Assembly: GCA_045863855.1 (NCBI GenBank)
Contig: BTVV01000078.1
Coordinates: forward strand, 1-28,898
Source: Planctomycetota bacterium
GTDB taxonomy: Bacteria; Planctomycetota; SZUA-567; H5-PLA8
DNA length: 28,898 nucleotides
Direction of reading: 5' to 3'
Of the stretch, positions 7,538-15,820 are shown piece by piece (the stretch's first letter is position 1; every line of letters starts with the position of its first letter). Under the pieces are notes generated by a model that did no database searches, was not told the DNA's origin, and was given only the letters and a program-made list of their open reading frames with translations. Position numbers and translations under genes: made by a program.

Positions 7538-9073
7538 TCAGCGCCCCCCTTTGTCGAAGCTGATGCGCGGATCGACCAGGACGTACATGATGTCCGACAT
7601 CAAGATCCCGATCAGCGTCAGGAAGCTGCCGAAGGTCAGCGTGGACATCAGCACGGTGTAATCGCGCGTGACCATCGCGTTATAGGCCATATAGCCCATG
7701 CCCGGAATGCCGAAGATTTGCTCGATGATCAGCGAGCCGCCGATCATGCCGGGCAGGAGGCCGGCCAAAATGGTAATGATTGGAATCAGCGAATTACGCA
7801 ACGCATGCCGGTAGATCACCGTTGGCTCGTCGCAGCCCTTGGCTCGCGCCGTGCGTACGAAATCGCTGCGAATGATCTCGATCATACCCACGCGCATGAA
7901 GCGCGAGAGACCCGCCAGCCCCGCGTAACACGAGGCCAGCACCGGCAGGAACAAATGCAGCAGGCCCTGCCACAGGTACTCCAGCGTGGATAACGCCTCC
8001 GAGCCCGGCGGCATCAGCCCCTGCAGCGGAAAGTGCGGCGAACCGGAATTTTTCAGCGCCACCATCAGGCGAATCAGCAAAATCGCGACCCAGAAACTGG
8101 GCAGCGAATATAAAATAAACAACCCTACGGTGGTCGTCCGGTCCAAGAACGTATTCTGGTGCGTGGCCGAATGAATGCCGATGGGAATCGAAGCGCCATA
8201 GATGACCAGGATCGCCAGCAGGTTGATAATAATGGTGATGGGCAGCGCTTCTTTGATTTTCTGCATCACCGGGACGGATTTGTTATTCACCGACTGTCCC
8301 AGATCTCCGAACAGCAGCCCCCGCTTGGGCACAGGAGGCGGCGCAAACGTCTCGAACGTCACGCCGCTGGGCCAATCTACCGCTTCCAGCCGGGGCGCGT
8401 CTTCGCCGCCGGCCAACAGAAAGTGTTCGTCACCGGCGTTCAATTTGACCAGAACCGCGCCGGTTTCGCCCTGTCCCACTTCGGTGTACTCCAGGGCCGC
8501 CGACCATTGGAACGGTCCCGAAGCCGCCGGCGGCGTGTTCAGCTTGCCGTAATTCGGCCGCGGGTCGGGCCGCAAAAAGACGCGCTCCTCGCCAGGCTTG
8601 ACCTCGAAGGTCAGTTCGAACTCGGCCTCCACCGGCGCGTAGCGGCCCTGCTCGTCCCATGGCGCCGCGCCGGTCTCGCCTTTTTTGGCCGCGTCCGCTT
8701 CCTTGGCCTTGCGCTCCATCCGTTCTATGCTGCCGCGAAAGCTAAGCCTCGCCTTAACGGTGCGAGGCCCAGGCGCCGCACTGGGCGAAACCGTAAACGG
8801 GAGGCGCAGCACCAGCTCTTCGGGCTCGTAAGGCGGCTGCACCGCGCCGAGCCAATAGACGTATCGCACGTATATCGGCTCGCCGATATGAAACGTTTTG
8901 CGCATGATCTTGGCCTGCTGCTTGGTCATTCGGCCACCGGCGGTCATGTCGCCGCCTCCGGCTCCGCCGCCGCTCACGCCGGGAGCCAGATTGATGATCA
9001 GGAAGCTGACGATCGTGATGGCCAGCATCATCGGCGGCATCAGCAGCAGGCGCTTTATGATGTAGGTCGTCAT
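7538..9073 (-). CDS. oppB: Peptide ABC transporter permease (OppB type), enlarged to 511 aa by an insertion
   Basis: MTTYIIKRLL, GDLGQS, DFVRTARAKG, HALRNSLIP, IEQIFGIPGMG, RDY, DIMYVLVDPRI. Confidence 0.9.
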   Translation of the reverse strand: MTTYIIKRLLLMPPMMLAITIVSFLIINLAPGVSGGGAGGGDMTAGGRMTKQQAKIMRKTFHIGEPIYVRYVYWLGAVQPPYEPEELVLRLPFTVSPSAAPGPRTVKARLSFRGSIERMERKAKEADAAKKGETGAAPWDEQGRYAPVEAEFELTFEVKPGEERVFLRPDPRPNYGKLNTPPAASGPFQWSAALEYTEVGQGETGAVLVKLNAGDEHFLLAGGEDAPRLEAVDWPSGVTFETFAPPPVPKRGLLFGDLGQSVNNKSVPVMQKIKEALPITIIINLLAILVIYGASIPIGIHSATHQNTFLDRTTTVGLFILYSLPSFWVAILLIRLMVALKNSGSPHFPLQGLMPPGSEALSTLEYLWQGLLHLFLPVLASCYAGLAGLSRFMRVGMIEIIRSDFVRTARAKGCDEPTVIYRHALRNSLIPIITILAGLLPGMIGGSLIIEQIFGIPGMGYMAYNAMVTRDYTVLMSTLTFGSFLTLIGILMSDIMYVLVDPRISFDKGGR

Positions 9074-9134
9074 GCCAAGAGTCGCGAGTCCGAAGCGCGT
9101 CGGGCGGCGAGCTTCCGCCTCCCGCGCACCGCCG

Positions 9135-11603
9135 CTATTTGTACTTCTGCTGGCCCAGGGGCACCCACCAGCGGTCTTCGTCCGCGCCGATGAGCTTGTA
9201 CTTCACGTTCTGGATCCGCTTGTCGTATCCCACGATCCGCTTCTGGACGAACAAGAACGTGTACGGCTGTTCTTCGTGCAGGATCTTCTGGAACTCGGTC
9301 ATCATTTCCTTGCGGCGTTCCTGGTTCAATTCCCGGCGCATCCGTTCGATCAATTCGTCCGCGCGCTTGTTGACGAAGTTACAGTGGTTCGATTCCTTCT
9401 CGCCGTTTTGCGAACTGTGCCAAAGCTGGTACGGATCGTCGGTGATGCCCAGCCGCCAGCCCAGCACGCAGGCGTCGAACTGAAGGCGTTCGATCTTCTG
9501 CAAAAACGCCGACCACTCCAGGTTGTTGATGTTCACCACGATCCCGGCCTTCGCGAATTCGTCCTTGATCAGGTTCGCGATCGACTCGTATTCGCTGCTG
9601 GGGCTTACAATCAGGAGCGTAAACTCGAACTTCACCCCGTCCTTATCCAGGATGCCGTCGCCGTCGCTGTCGCGCCAGCCCGCCGCCGCCAGTTGCTGGC
9701 GGCCCTTGGCCGAATGGTGCGCGAACTTGCGGTCCGCTTCCACGATGCCGGGCCAGAACATCGGGGAATCGGGATGCACGTTCCCGTGCTGCACGATCGC
9801 GTAACCGCGGTAGATGTGTTCGCAGATGCGTTCGCGGTCGATCAGCATCGTCAGCGCCTGCCGAACCTGCTTGTCCTTGAACCACGGCTTGCGCGCGTTC
9901 CAGCCTACGTAGCGGTACACGTTGGCCACCGATACATCGACGGCGATCTTTTTCAGGAACTCGGCATCGTCCTTCTTGCCCAGCCATTGATTGGGCGTCA
10001 GACCGTTCACATCCAGTTCCTGCGCGTCCAAAAGCTGGAGCTGTACCGCCGGGTCCTTGACGACCTTGTAGATGATCTTCTTAAAGTGCGGTTTCTTGCC
10101 GTAATAGCCTTCGTTGCGCACGAAGGCGATCTGCTTGCCCTTATCCCACGCTTCCAGCTTATAGCCGCCGCAACCCACGAGGGACTGGTTCTGGTCGCCC
10201 GTATTGAACTTCTGCGGATCCTTCGGGTAGTAGTGCTCGGCCATCGGCGAAAATCCCGCCGAATTTTCGAAGGCCGCGAAATAGGGCTTGGCCCACGTGA
10301 AGCGAACTTTGAACGGATCGCCGTCCACCAGTTCGCACGACTCGCAATCCTGGTAGTAATTCCGCGCCGGGCCGCACTCGACTTTCGGATTCTTGGTCAT
10401 GTCGAAGGCGAAGACGACATCCTTGCCGGTCAGCGGTGCGTTGTCGTCCCACTTCACGTCCTTACGCATATAGAAGGTGAAAACCGGCTTCTCCTGGGCG
10501 ATGTAATCTTCGACCAGATCGCAGCCAAACAGGCGCTCGACGCGCTTGCCCGACGTCTCTTTGGCGTCCGGCACCTTGCCTTGGTTGTCCGGCGAAGCCA
10601 CCAGTTCCTTGAGTTTCGCGAAGACCAGATCGCGATCCGCTTCGGTGCCCAGCAGCCGCAAGACCGTGGAATCTTCGCGGTTCCAGGGTGCGATGAACCG
10701 GCCGGTAAGGCCCTTCAGTTCCTTTAGCGGTCCCATCACTTGGGCCGCGACGCGGTCGGCTTTTGCCTCCGTATCCCCGTCCATAAGGTACGGGGCTTCG
10801 ATCGTCACATAGAACCAGTACTGCATCCAGACCTTGTCGCCGAACTCCTTCTTCAGCCGCTCGCCGTAATCGTTATTCACCGCGCCGATCGAGATGCGTA
10901 CCGCCTTCTCGCCGCTCAGTTCGCCCGCATCGATGCGCTGTATCTTCAGGCTCTCGCGAACCTTGGCGTCCCATGCGGCCTCGATCTCCTTCGCCAGCTT
11001 GGCCGCATCGCCATCCTTGGGGTAGGCGTAGCAGACCAGTTCCTGCTTCCAGGCCTTGGCAAGCTTGGGCTCCCAGACGGACAAATCGTCGAAATAGCGC
11101 GAAGCCAGTCCGTCGTGCACGCGGTTGAAGAGCGTGCTGGCCGTGGCGTCGTTGTCGATCAGCGCGTTCAAGGAGTTGGGCTCGCCGCTCAGCGCATAGA
11201 TGGCCCAATCCCCGTCCTCGGCGTTCTCGTCGCCTCGCTCGAAATGCGGCAGCGCTTGCGGTTCGGCGTCCGGCGGGACGTCCGGATCGTTCGGGTACAG
11301 CGGATGGCGCCCGGCCACCGGCGGCGGGGGAGGCGTCTGCCCGTTCGGAACCGCCGGCACTTCGGGCGACGTGCCCGGGTGCGGAGACACGGCAACCTGG
11401 CCGCCTTTGATCTTCACCCCTTCGTCGGTCAGCACCCGCAGCATCGCCTGCTGCTGCTGCGCGAGCGCCGCGTTCTCTTTGCGCAATTGAACCAGCATCT
11501 CGTGGCCGCGGCCGCGGTCGTAAAGCTGAACCCCTAGCATGATGGCGATCGTCGCCAGCAGCACCAAGGGAGCCACATCCCAGAAAATATGTCGTTCGCG
11601 CAT
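9135..11603 (-). CDS. oppA: Family-5 solute-binding protein (OppA/AppA type), 822 aa, membrane-anchored, with a large insertion
   Basis: N-terminal TM helix, coiled segment and Pro-rich linker. Core motifs EPNSLN, EPKLAKAW, FTFYMRKDVKWDD..PLTGKDVVF, GCGGYKL, FKDKQVRQALTMLIDRE, GWRDSDGDGILDKDG, QKILHEEQPYTFL. Confidence 0.9.
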   Translation of the reverse strand: MRERHIFWDVAPLVLLATIAIMLGVQLYDRGRGHEMLVQLRKENAALAQQQQAMLRVLTDEGVKIKGGQVAVSPHPGTSPEVPAVPNGQTPPPPPVAGRHPLYPNDPDVPPDAEPQALPHFERGDENAEDGDWAIYALSGEPNSLNALIDNDATASTLFNRVHDGLASRYFDDLSVWEPKLAKAWKQELVCYAYPKDGDAAKLAKEIEAAWDAKVRESLKIQRIDAGELSGEKAVRISIGAVNNDYGERLKKEFGDKVWMQYWFYVTIEAPYLMDGDTEAKADRVAAQVMGPLKELKGLTGRFIAPWNREDSTVLRLLGTEADRDLVFAKLKELVASPDNQGKVPDAKETSGKRVERLFGCDLVEDYIAQEKPVFTFYMRKDVKWDDNAPLTGKDVVFAFDMTKNPKVECGPARNYYQDCESCELVDGDPFKVRFTWAKPYFAAFENSAGFSPMAEHYYPKDPQKFNTGDQNQSLVGCGGYKLEAWDKGKQIAFVRNEGYYGKKPHFKKIIYKVVKDPAVQLQLLDAQELDVNGLTPNQWLGKKDDAEFLKKIAVDVSVANVYRYVGWNARKPWFKDKQVRQALTMLIDRERICEHIYRGYAIVQHGNVHPDSPMFWPGIVEADRKFAHHSAKGRQQLAAAGWRDSDGDGILDKDGVKFEFTLLIVSPSSEYESIANLIKDEFAKAGIVVNINNLEWSAFLQKIERLQFDACVLGWRLGITDDPYQLWHSSQNGEKESNHCNFVNKRADELIERMRRELNQERRKEMMTEFQKILHEEQPYTFLFVQKRIVGYDKRIQNVKYKLIGADEDRWWVPLGQQKYK

Positions 11604-11808
11604 CGGTGAAATCTTCCCGTCCGCCGCTGGAGCCGTTTGCGGCTGCGTTTACGCGCAAAAGTAGCCCGATTGAGCCCAGAGGTTCTAACCGGGCGCGACG
11701 GCCACGGCAACCGGAGGCGCCCGCTATCCTTGGACGCTCTCCCATCGCCGCACGGCGCACGAATCCGCCCGCTTTTGAGAACCCGTGTGGCCCTGTTTTG
11801 CTGCCAAT

Positions 11809-12747
11809 TCAACGCCTCGCCCGGGGATCGAGCGCATCGCGCAAGCCATCGCCAAACAGGTTAAAAGCCAGCACCGTGACCACGATGGCCGCACCGGGAA
11901 AGACGGCCAGCCACCAGTAGTATTGGTAATTCTGCCGCGCGTTGGCCAGCATCCCGCCCCAGGACGGATAGGGCTCCTGGACGCCCAACCCTAAGAAGGA
12001 GAGCCCCGCTTCGCCCAGGATGTTCCCGCCCAGCGCCAGCGTGCCGGCCACGACAATCGGACCCAGACAGTTGGGCAGCACGTGGCGGACGAGAATGCGC
12101 CCCGAGCCCGCGCCCATGGCGCGCGCCGCCGTGATGTAGTCCAGCGTCTTGACCGTCAGCACCTGGCTGCGCACCAGCCGCGCGATGCCCGTCCAGCCCA
12201 CCAGGCCCAGCGCCAGGAAAACCACCCAGAGACTGGGGCGGTCGAAGACCGCGGTGATCGCCACCGCCAGAAGCACGCTGGGAAACGCATAGACCGTATC
12301 CGTGACGCGCATCAAGGCCGCGTCCAGCCAGCCGCCGTGGAATCCGGCCACCAGCCCCACAGCCACGCCCATGACCAGACTTACCAGCGTCGCCAGAATC
12401 CCCACCAGCAGACTCACGCGCGCGCCGTAGACGATCCGCGAAAGCGTATCGCGTCCGTTGTCGTCGGTGCCCAGCCAGTGCCGGCTCGCGCGCAGATCGC
12501 CGTTGGCCGCATCGCGAACTTCGCCCGACCAGCCCGGCGGCACGCGTTCGGCGCCCTGGAACTGCCGCGCGTAGTCGTACGGAGCCCATAGCGGCGCGCC
12601 CAGCGCGATAACCGTCAAAATCGTGAGAACGCCCAGCGCAAACAGCGCCGCGCGGTTGCGCCGGAGCCGGCGCCACGCCAGGCGCCAAGGCCCGGCGGGC
12701 TCGGCGGCCAGCGCCACCGTCGTTTCGGCTCGCGGCGCGTCATTCAT
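11809..12747 (-). CDS. oppC: Peptide ABC transporter permease (OppC/DppC type), normal size
   Basis: WRRLRRNRAA, HWLGTDDNGRDTLSRIVYGARVSL, DYITAARAMG, EAGLSFLGLG, NLFGDGLRDALDPR. Confidence 0.92.
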   Translation of the reverse strand: MNDAPRAETTVALAAEPAGPWRLAWRRLRRNRAALFALGVLTILTVIALGAPLWAPYDYARQFQGAERVPPGWSGEVRDAANGDLRASRHWLGTDDNGRDTLSRIVYGARVSLLVGILATLVSLVMGVAVGLVAGFHGGWLDAALMRVTDTVYAFPSVLLAVAITAVFDRPSLWVVFLALGLVGWTGIARLVRSQVLTVKTLDYITAARAMGAGSGRILVRHVLPNCLGPIVVAGTLALGGNILGEAGLSFLGLGVQEPYPSWGGMLANARQNYQYYWWLAVFPGAAIVVTVLAFNLFGDGLRDALDPRARR

Positions 12748-13657
12748 GGCCGTAGCGAATCCTCGGATCGAGCAGCGCGTACAGAATGTCCACGCCCAGG
12801 TTGACGGCGACGAAGATCAGCGCGAAGAAGAGGCAGCCGCCCATGATCACCGGATGGTCGCGCTGGCTGATGGCCTCGAAGATCATCCGCCCCAGCCCCG
12901 GCAACGCACAGGCCGTCTCGGTCAGCACGGCGCCCGTCAGCAGCCCGGCCAGGTTGTTCCCAATCACCGTCGTGATCGGCACCAGCGCGTTAGGAAACGC
13001 ATGCCCCGTCAGCGCCTTCAGATCCGGCAAGCCCTTCGCGCGTCCCGTGCGCACGTAATCCTGCGTCATCTCTTCCAGCAGGCAGCCGCGCGTCAGCCGC
13101 GCGATCAGCGCGGTGCTGAGCATGCCCAGCGTCAGCACCGGAATCACCAGGTACGCCAGCTTTCCGGCCTCCGGCGCCGGAAGCGGGAGCCATTGGAGCT
13201 TCACAGAGAAAGTCAGGATCAGGAGCATCGCGAGGAAAAACGCCGGCACCGAAATCCCGATGCTCGCGCCCGCCGCGCAGGCGTAATCGATGGACGAATG
13301 CGGCCGGTACGCCGAGAGAATCCCGCTCAGCAGCCCCAGCGCCACGGCGACGATCATCGCGCCCAGCGCCAGCCGAGCCGTCACCGCCGCGCCGTCGAGC
13401 ACGATCTCCAGCACCGGCCGCTCCTGCCGGTAGCTGCGGCCCAGATCGAGCATCAGGTACCGCCCCAACTGGCTGTACCAAGGCCTGTTCAAGCCCAGCC
13501 GCTCGCGCACCATCTGCCGCTCTTCGGCGCTCGCGCCCTGCCGCACCAGCAGATGCGTCGGATCGCCGCTCGCTTTAAGCAGCACGAAGCAGATCAGGAC
13601 GATACCCAACACGACGGGAACGGCTTGGAGGAGACGGCGGAAGATGAAGGTAGCCAT
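12740..13657 (-). CDS. oppB: Peptide ABC transporter permease (OppB/DppB type), normal size
   Basis: MATFIFRRLLQ, DLGRSY, DYVRTGRAKG, HAFPNALVP, PGLGR, DILYALLDPRI. Confidence 0.92.
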   Translation of the reverse strand: MATFIFRRLLQAVPVVLGIVLICFVLLKASGDPTHLLVRQGASAEERQMVRERLGLNRPWYSQLGRYLMLDLGRSYRQERPVLEIVLDGAAVTARLALGAMIVAVALGLLSGILSAYRPHSSIDYACAAGASIGISVPAFFLAMLLILTFSVKLQWLPLPAPEAGKLAYLVIPVLTLGMLSTALIARLTRGCLLEEMTQDYVRTGRAKGLPDLKALTGHAFPNALVPITTVIGNNLAGLLTGAVLTETACALPGLGRMIFEAISQRDHPVIMGGCLFFALIFVAVNLGVDILYALLDPRIRYGHE

Positions 13658-13670
13658 CGCGAACGCGCGG

Positions 13671-15326
13671 TTACTCCAGGTCCACCTTCGAGAAGTCCAC
13701 GTGATTCAGTCCGTGGCCGACATCCAGCGGGCAAAGCTGCTCGGCCACGCCCTTCGCGTGCTTCGACAGCAAAATCTTGTTCACCTTCCAGTACAGCAGC
13801 ACCCAGCCCACATCCTGCTCGACGATGATCTTCTCGGCCCGGTTGAGCAGCTTCAGCCGCGCGTTCGAATCCATCGTCGTACGCGCTTCTTCCAGCAGCT
13901 TATCCACCTCGGGATTGTGGTACCGCGTCTCGTTGCCGGGCTCGCCCCACTGGCTCGTGTGAAACAGCCAATCGATGAAATTCTCCGCGTCCGGGTAGTC
14001 CGCCACCCAGCCCAGGAAGAACAGCTCCGGCGGATCCTTGTACACTTTCTCGAGAAACGCGTTCCATTCCAAGCTGCGCAGATTGACCTTCACCCCGATT
14101 GCGCCCAGATTGTTCTGGATCGCCAGCGCCGTCTGTTCGATGTCCGGATCCTTGCGATAGTAGAAGTCGAACTCCTTCAGGCCTGCGCCGCCCGGATACC
14201 CCGCCTCGGCCAGCAGCGCCTTGGCTTTCTCGACATCGTACGACCAGCCCTTGATCTCCGGATCGTGCCCCGCCAATCCCGGCGGAAGCACGCTCTGCGC
14301 GGGAATCCCCTGCCCTTCCAGAATCGTTTCGCAGATGTACTGCCGGTTGACCGCGTGGTTGATCGCCTGCCGCAGTTTCAAATTCGAGCCCAACGGCTCC
14401 ACCGGCACGATGGTGCCGTCGTCGGCCTTTCGGTTCAGTAACAGACCGAGGTAGTTGGTGCGCAGCGACGAGTTGGTCTTGATCAGATCGGGATGCTCTT
14501 GCTCCAGCACCTTCAGCCGCCCGAACGGTATGTCGCTGACGTGAAACTCGCCCTTCATGAATTTTTCCAGACGCGTCTGAGGCTCGGGCACCAGTTCGCA
14601 GATCATCCCATCGAGCTTCGAAGCGCCTTTGAAATACGCCTCGTGCCGACGCAGCACGATCCGCCGCCCGTAATCCCAGCGGCTCAGCTTGAACGGACCC
14701 GTCCCCACCGGCTGCGCGCTGAACGTTTTGTGCGATGCCTGCGCCTCCAGTACCGCTTCTTCCGGGATCACAGCCGCGTTCACCATCGAAATCTGGATCA
14801 AAAAAATCGGATCTTCCTTCAGCAGCCGCACCTTAAAGGTGTGCTCGTCGACAACTTCCAATCCCGCGCACTTGTCAGTCTTGCGTTCCAGCAGTTCTTG
14901 CGCGCCCACCACGCTTTTCAATATCACAGGCCGCGCCGACTCGTTTGCATCCAGCAGACGTTCCCAACTGTACTTCACGTCGCGCGCCGTCATCGGCCGC
15001 CCGTTGTGAAAGCGCACGTCCGTCCGAAGCTTGAAGGTAAAGCTCTTCTCGGCGGCGTCCCAGACCGGCATCTCGGAGCACAGTTCCGGCTGCGGGCGCA
15101 GATCCTTATCGAGCCGGATCAGCGTGTTGTAGAGCTTCTGGCACATCCCGTCGCTGTCGACGTCGGTGACCTTGATCGGATCGAGCGTCTTCGGGTCGTT
15201 ATCGAGCGGGATACGGAAAACCTTCGCGCCGGCTTCGAAGTCGTCCTTCGTATTGCCCAGCGTCGTGACGAAGAACAGCGCCGCGGCGGCCACCAGCACC
15301 ACCAGGATGATCGCGATCCGGTTCAT
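13671..15326 (-). CDS. oppA: Family-5 peptide ABC solute-binding protein, normal size (551 aa)
   Basis: Hydrophobic N-terminal signal/anchor, DPKTLDP, FTFKLRTDVRFHNG, PVGTGPFK, LRQAINHAVNR, YDVEKAKALLAEAGY, GWVADYPD. Confidence 0.92.
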   Translation of the reverse strand: MNRIAIILVVLVAAAALFFVTTLGNTKDDFEAGAKVFRIPLDNDPKTLDPIKVTDVDSDGMCQKLYNTLIRLDKDLRPQPELCSEMPVWDAAEKSFTFKLRTDVRFHNGRPMTARDVKYSWERLLDANESARPVILKSVVGAQELLERKTDKCAGLEVVDEHTFKVRLLKEDPIFLIQISMVNAAVIPEEAVLEAQASHKTFSAQPVGTGPFKLSRWDYGRRIVLRRHEAYFKGASKLDGMICELVPEPQTRLEKFMKGEFHVSDIPFGRLKVLEQEHPDLIKTNSSLRTNYLGLLLNRKADDGTIVPVEPLGSNLKLRQAINHAVNRQYICETILEGQGIPAQSVLPPGLAGHDPEIKGWSYDVEKAKALLAEAGYPGGAGLKEFDFYYRKDPDIEQTALAIQNNLGAIGVKVNLRSLEWNAFLEKVYKDPPELFFLGWVADYPDAENFIDWLFHTSQWGEPGNETRYHNPEVDKLLEEARTTMDSNARLKLLNRAEKIIVEQDVGWVLLYWKVNKILLSKHAKGVAEQLCPLDVGHGLNHVDFSKVDLE

Positions 15327-15344
15327 CGGCGCTCCTCAGGCCGG

Positions 15345-15755
15345 CTACAGCGGCGGCTTCACCGGCAGCTCGCGACGAGCCGCCAGCACTTCGATTTCCA
15401 CGCGCGCATCGCCCGGCAAGCGCGCTACCTGCACCGTCGAACGCGCGGGCTTGTGATCGCCAAAAAACTTCGCGTACTCGGTGTTCATCCCCGGAAAATC
15501 GTTCAGATCGCGCATGAAGACGGTGGCCTTCACCACGTCCGCCGGCGCGCAGCCCGCCGCGGCCAGCACCGCGCGCACGTTCGAGAGCACCTGCGCCGTG
15601 GCCTCTTCGATCGTCGCGCCTTTCATTTCCTTCGTGCCCGGCACCAGCGGGATCTGCCCGGCGCAGAAGACCAGCCCTCCGTGCACGATCGCCTGGCTGT
15701 ACGGGCCCACGGCCGCGGGCGCCTGCTCCGAACGCACGACCTCGAACGGTTCCAT
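15345..15755 (-). CDS. ridA: RidA/YjgF family reactive enamine/imine deaminase
   Basis: APAAVGPYSQAI, AGQIPL, VVKATVF, MNTEYAKFF, PARSTVQVARLP, VEIE. GGAGG SD upstream. Confidence 0.93.
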   Translation of the reverse strand: MEPFEVVRSEQAPAAVGPYSQAIVHGGLVFCAGQIPLVPGTKEMKGATIEEATAQVLSNVRAVLAAAGCAPADVVKATVFMRDLNDFPGMNTEYAKFFGDHKPARSTVQVARLPGDARVEIEVLAARRELPVKPPL

Positions 15756-15782
15756 CCACGCCTCCGCTTTCGAATTCGCTTT

Positions 15783-15810
15783 ACTCTACGACCATTTTCG
15801 CGCCGCTCAA
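15783..15810 (-). promoter_or_regulatory. Putative sigma70 promoter for the ridA-ABC transporter operon
   Basis: On the minus strand: TTGAGC (15810-15805), 16 nt spacer, TAGAGT (15788-15783), in the intergenic gap upstream of ridA. Confidence 0.4.
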
Positions 15811-15820
15811 GCCGCACCCG

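Noticed and set aside
9072..10727. 551-aa plus-strand ORF, and similar long antisense ORFs (4052-5281, 4789-5967, 12623-13828, 14493-15839, 23237-24574, 23566-25197)
   Set aside because: They are shadow frames of well-supported genes. Long stop-free frames are expected in high-GC DNA, and these have Arg/Ala/Pro-rich composition with no recognisable motifs.
11604..11808. 205-bp gap between the two ABC modules as a possible riboswitch or sRNA
   Set aside because: I found no recognisable aptamer consensus or terminator by eye. An Rfam scan would be needed to exclude it fully.
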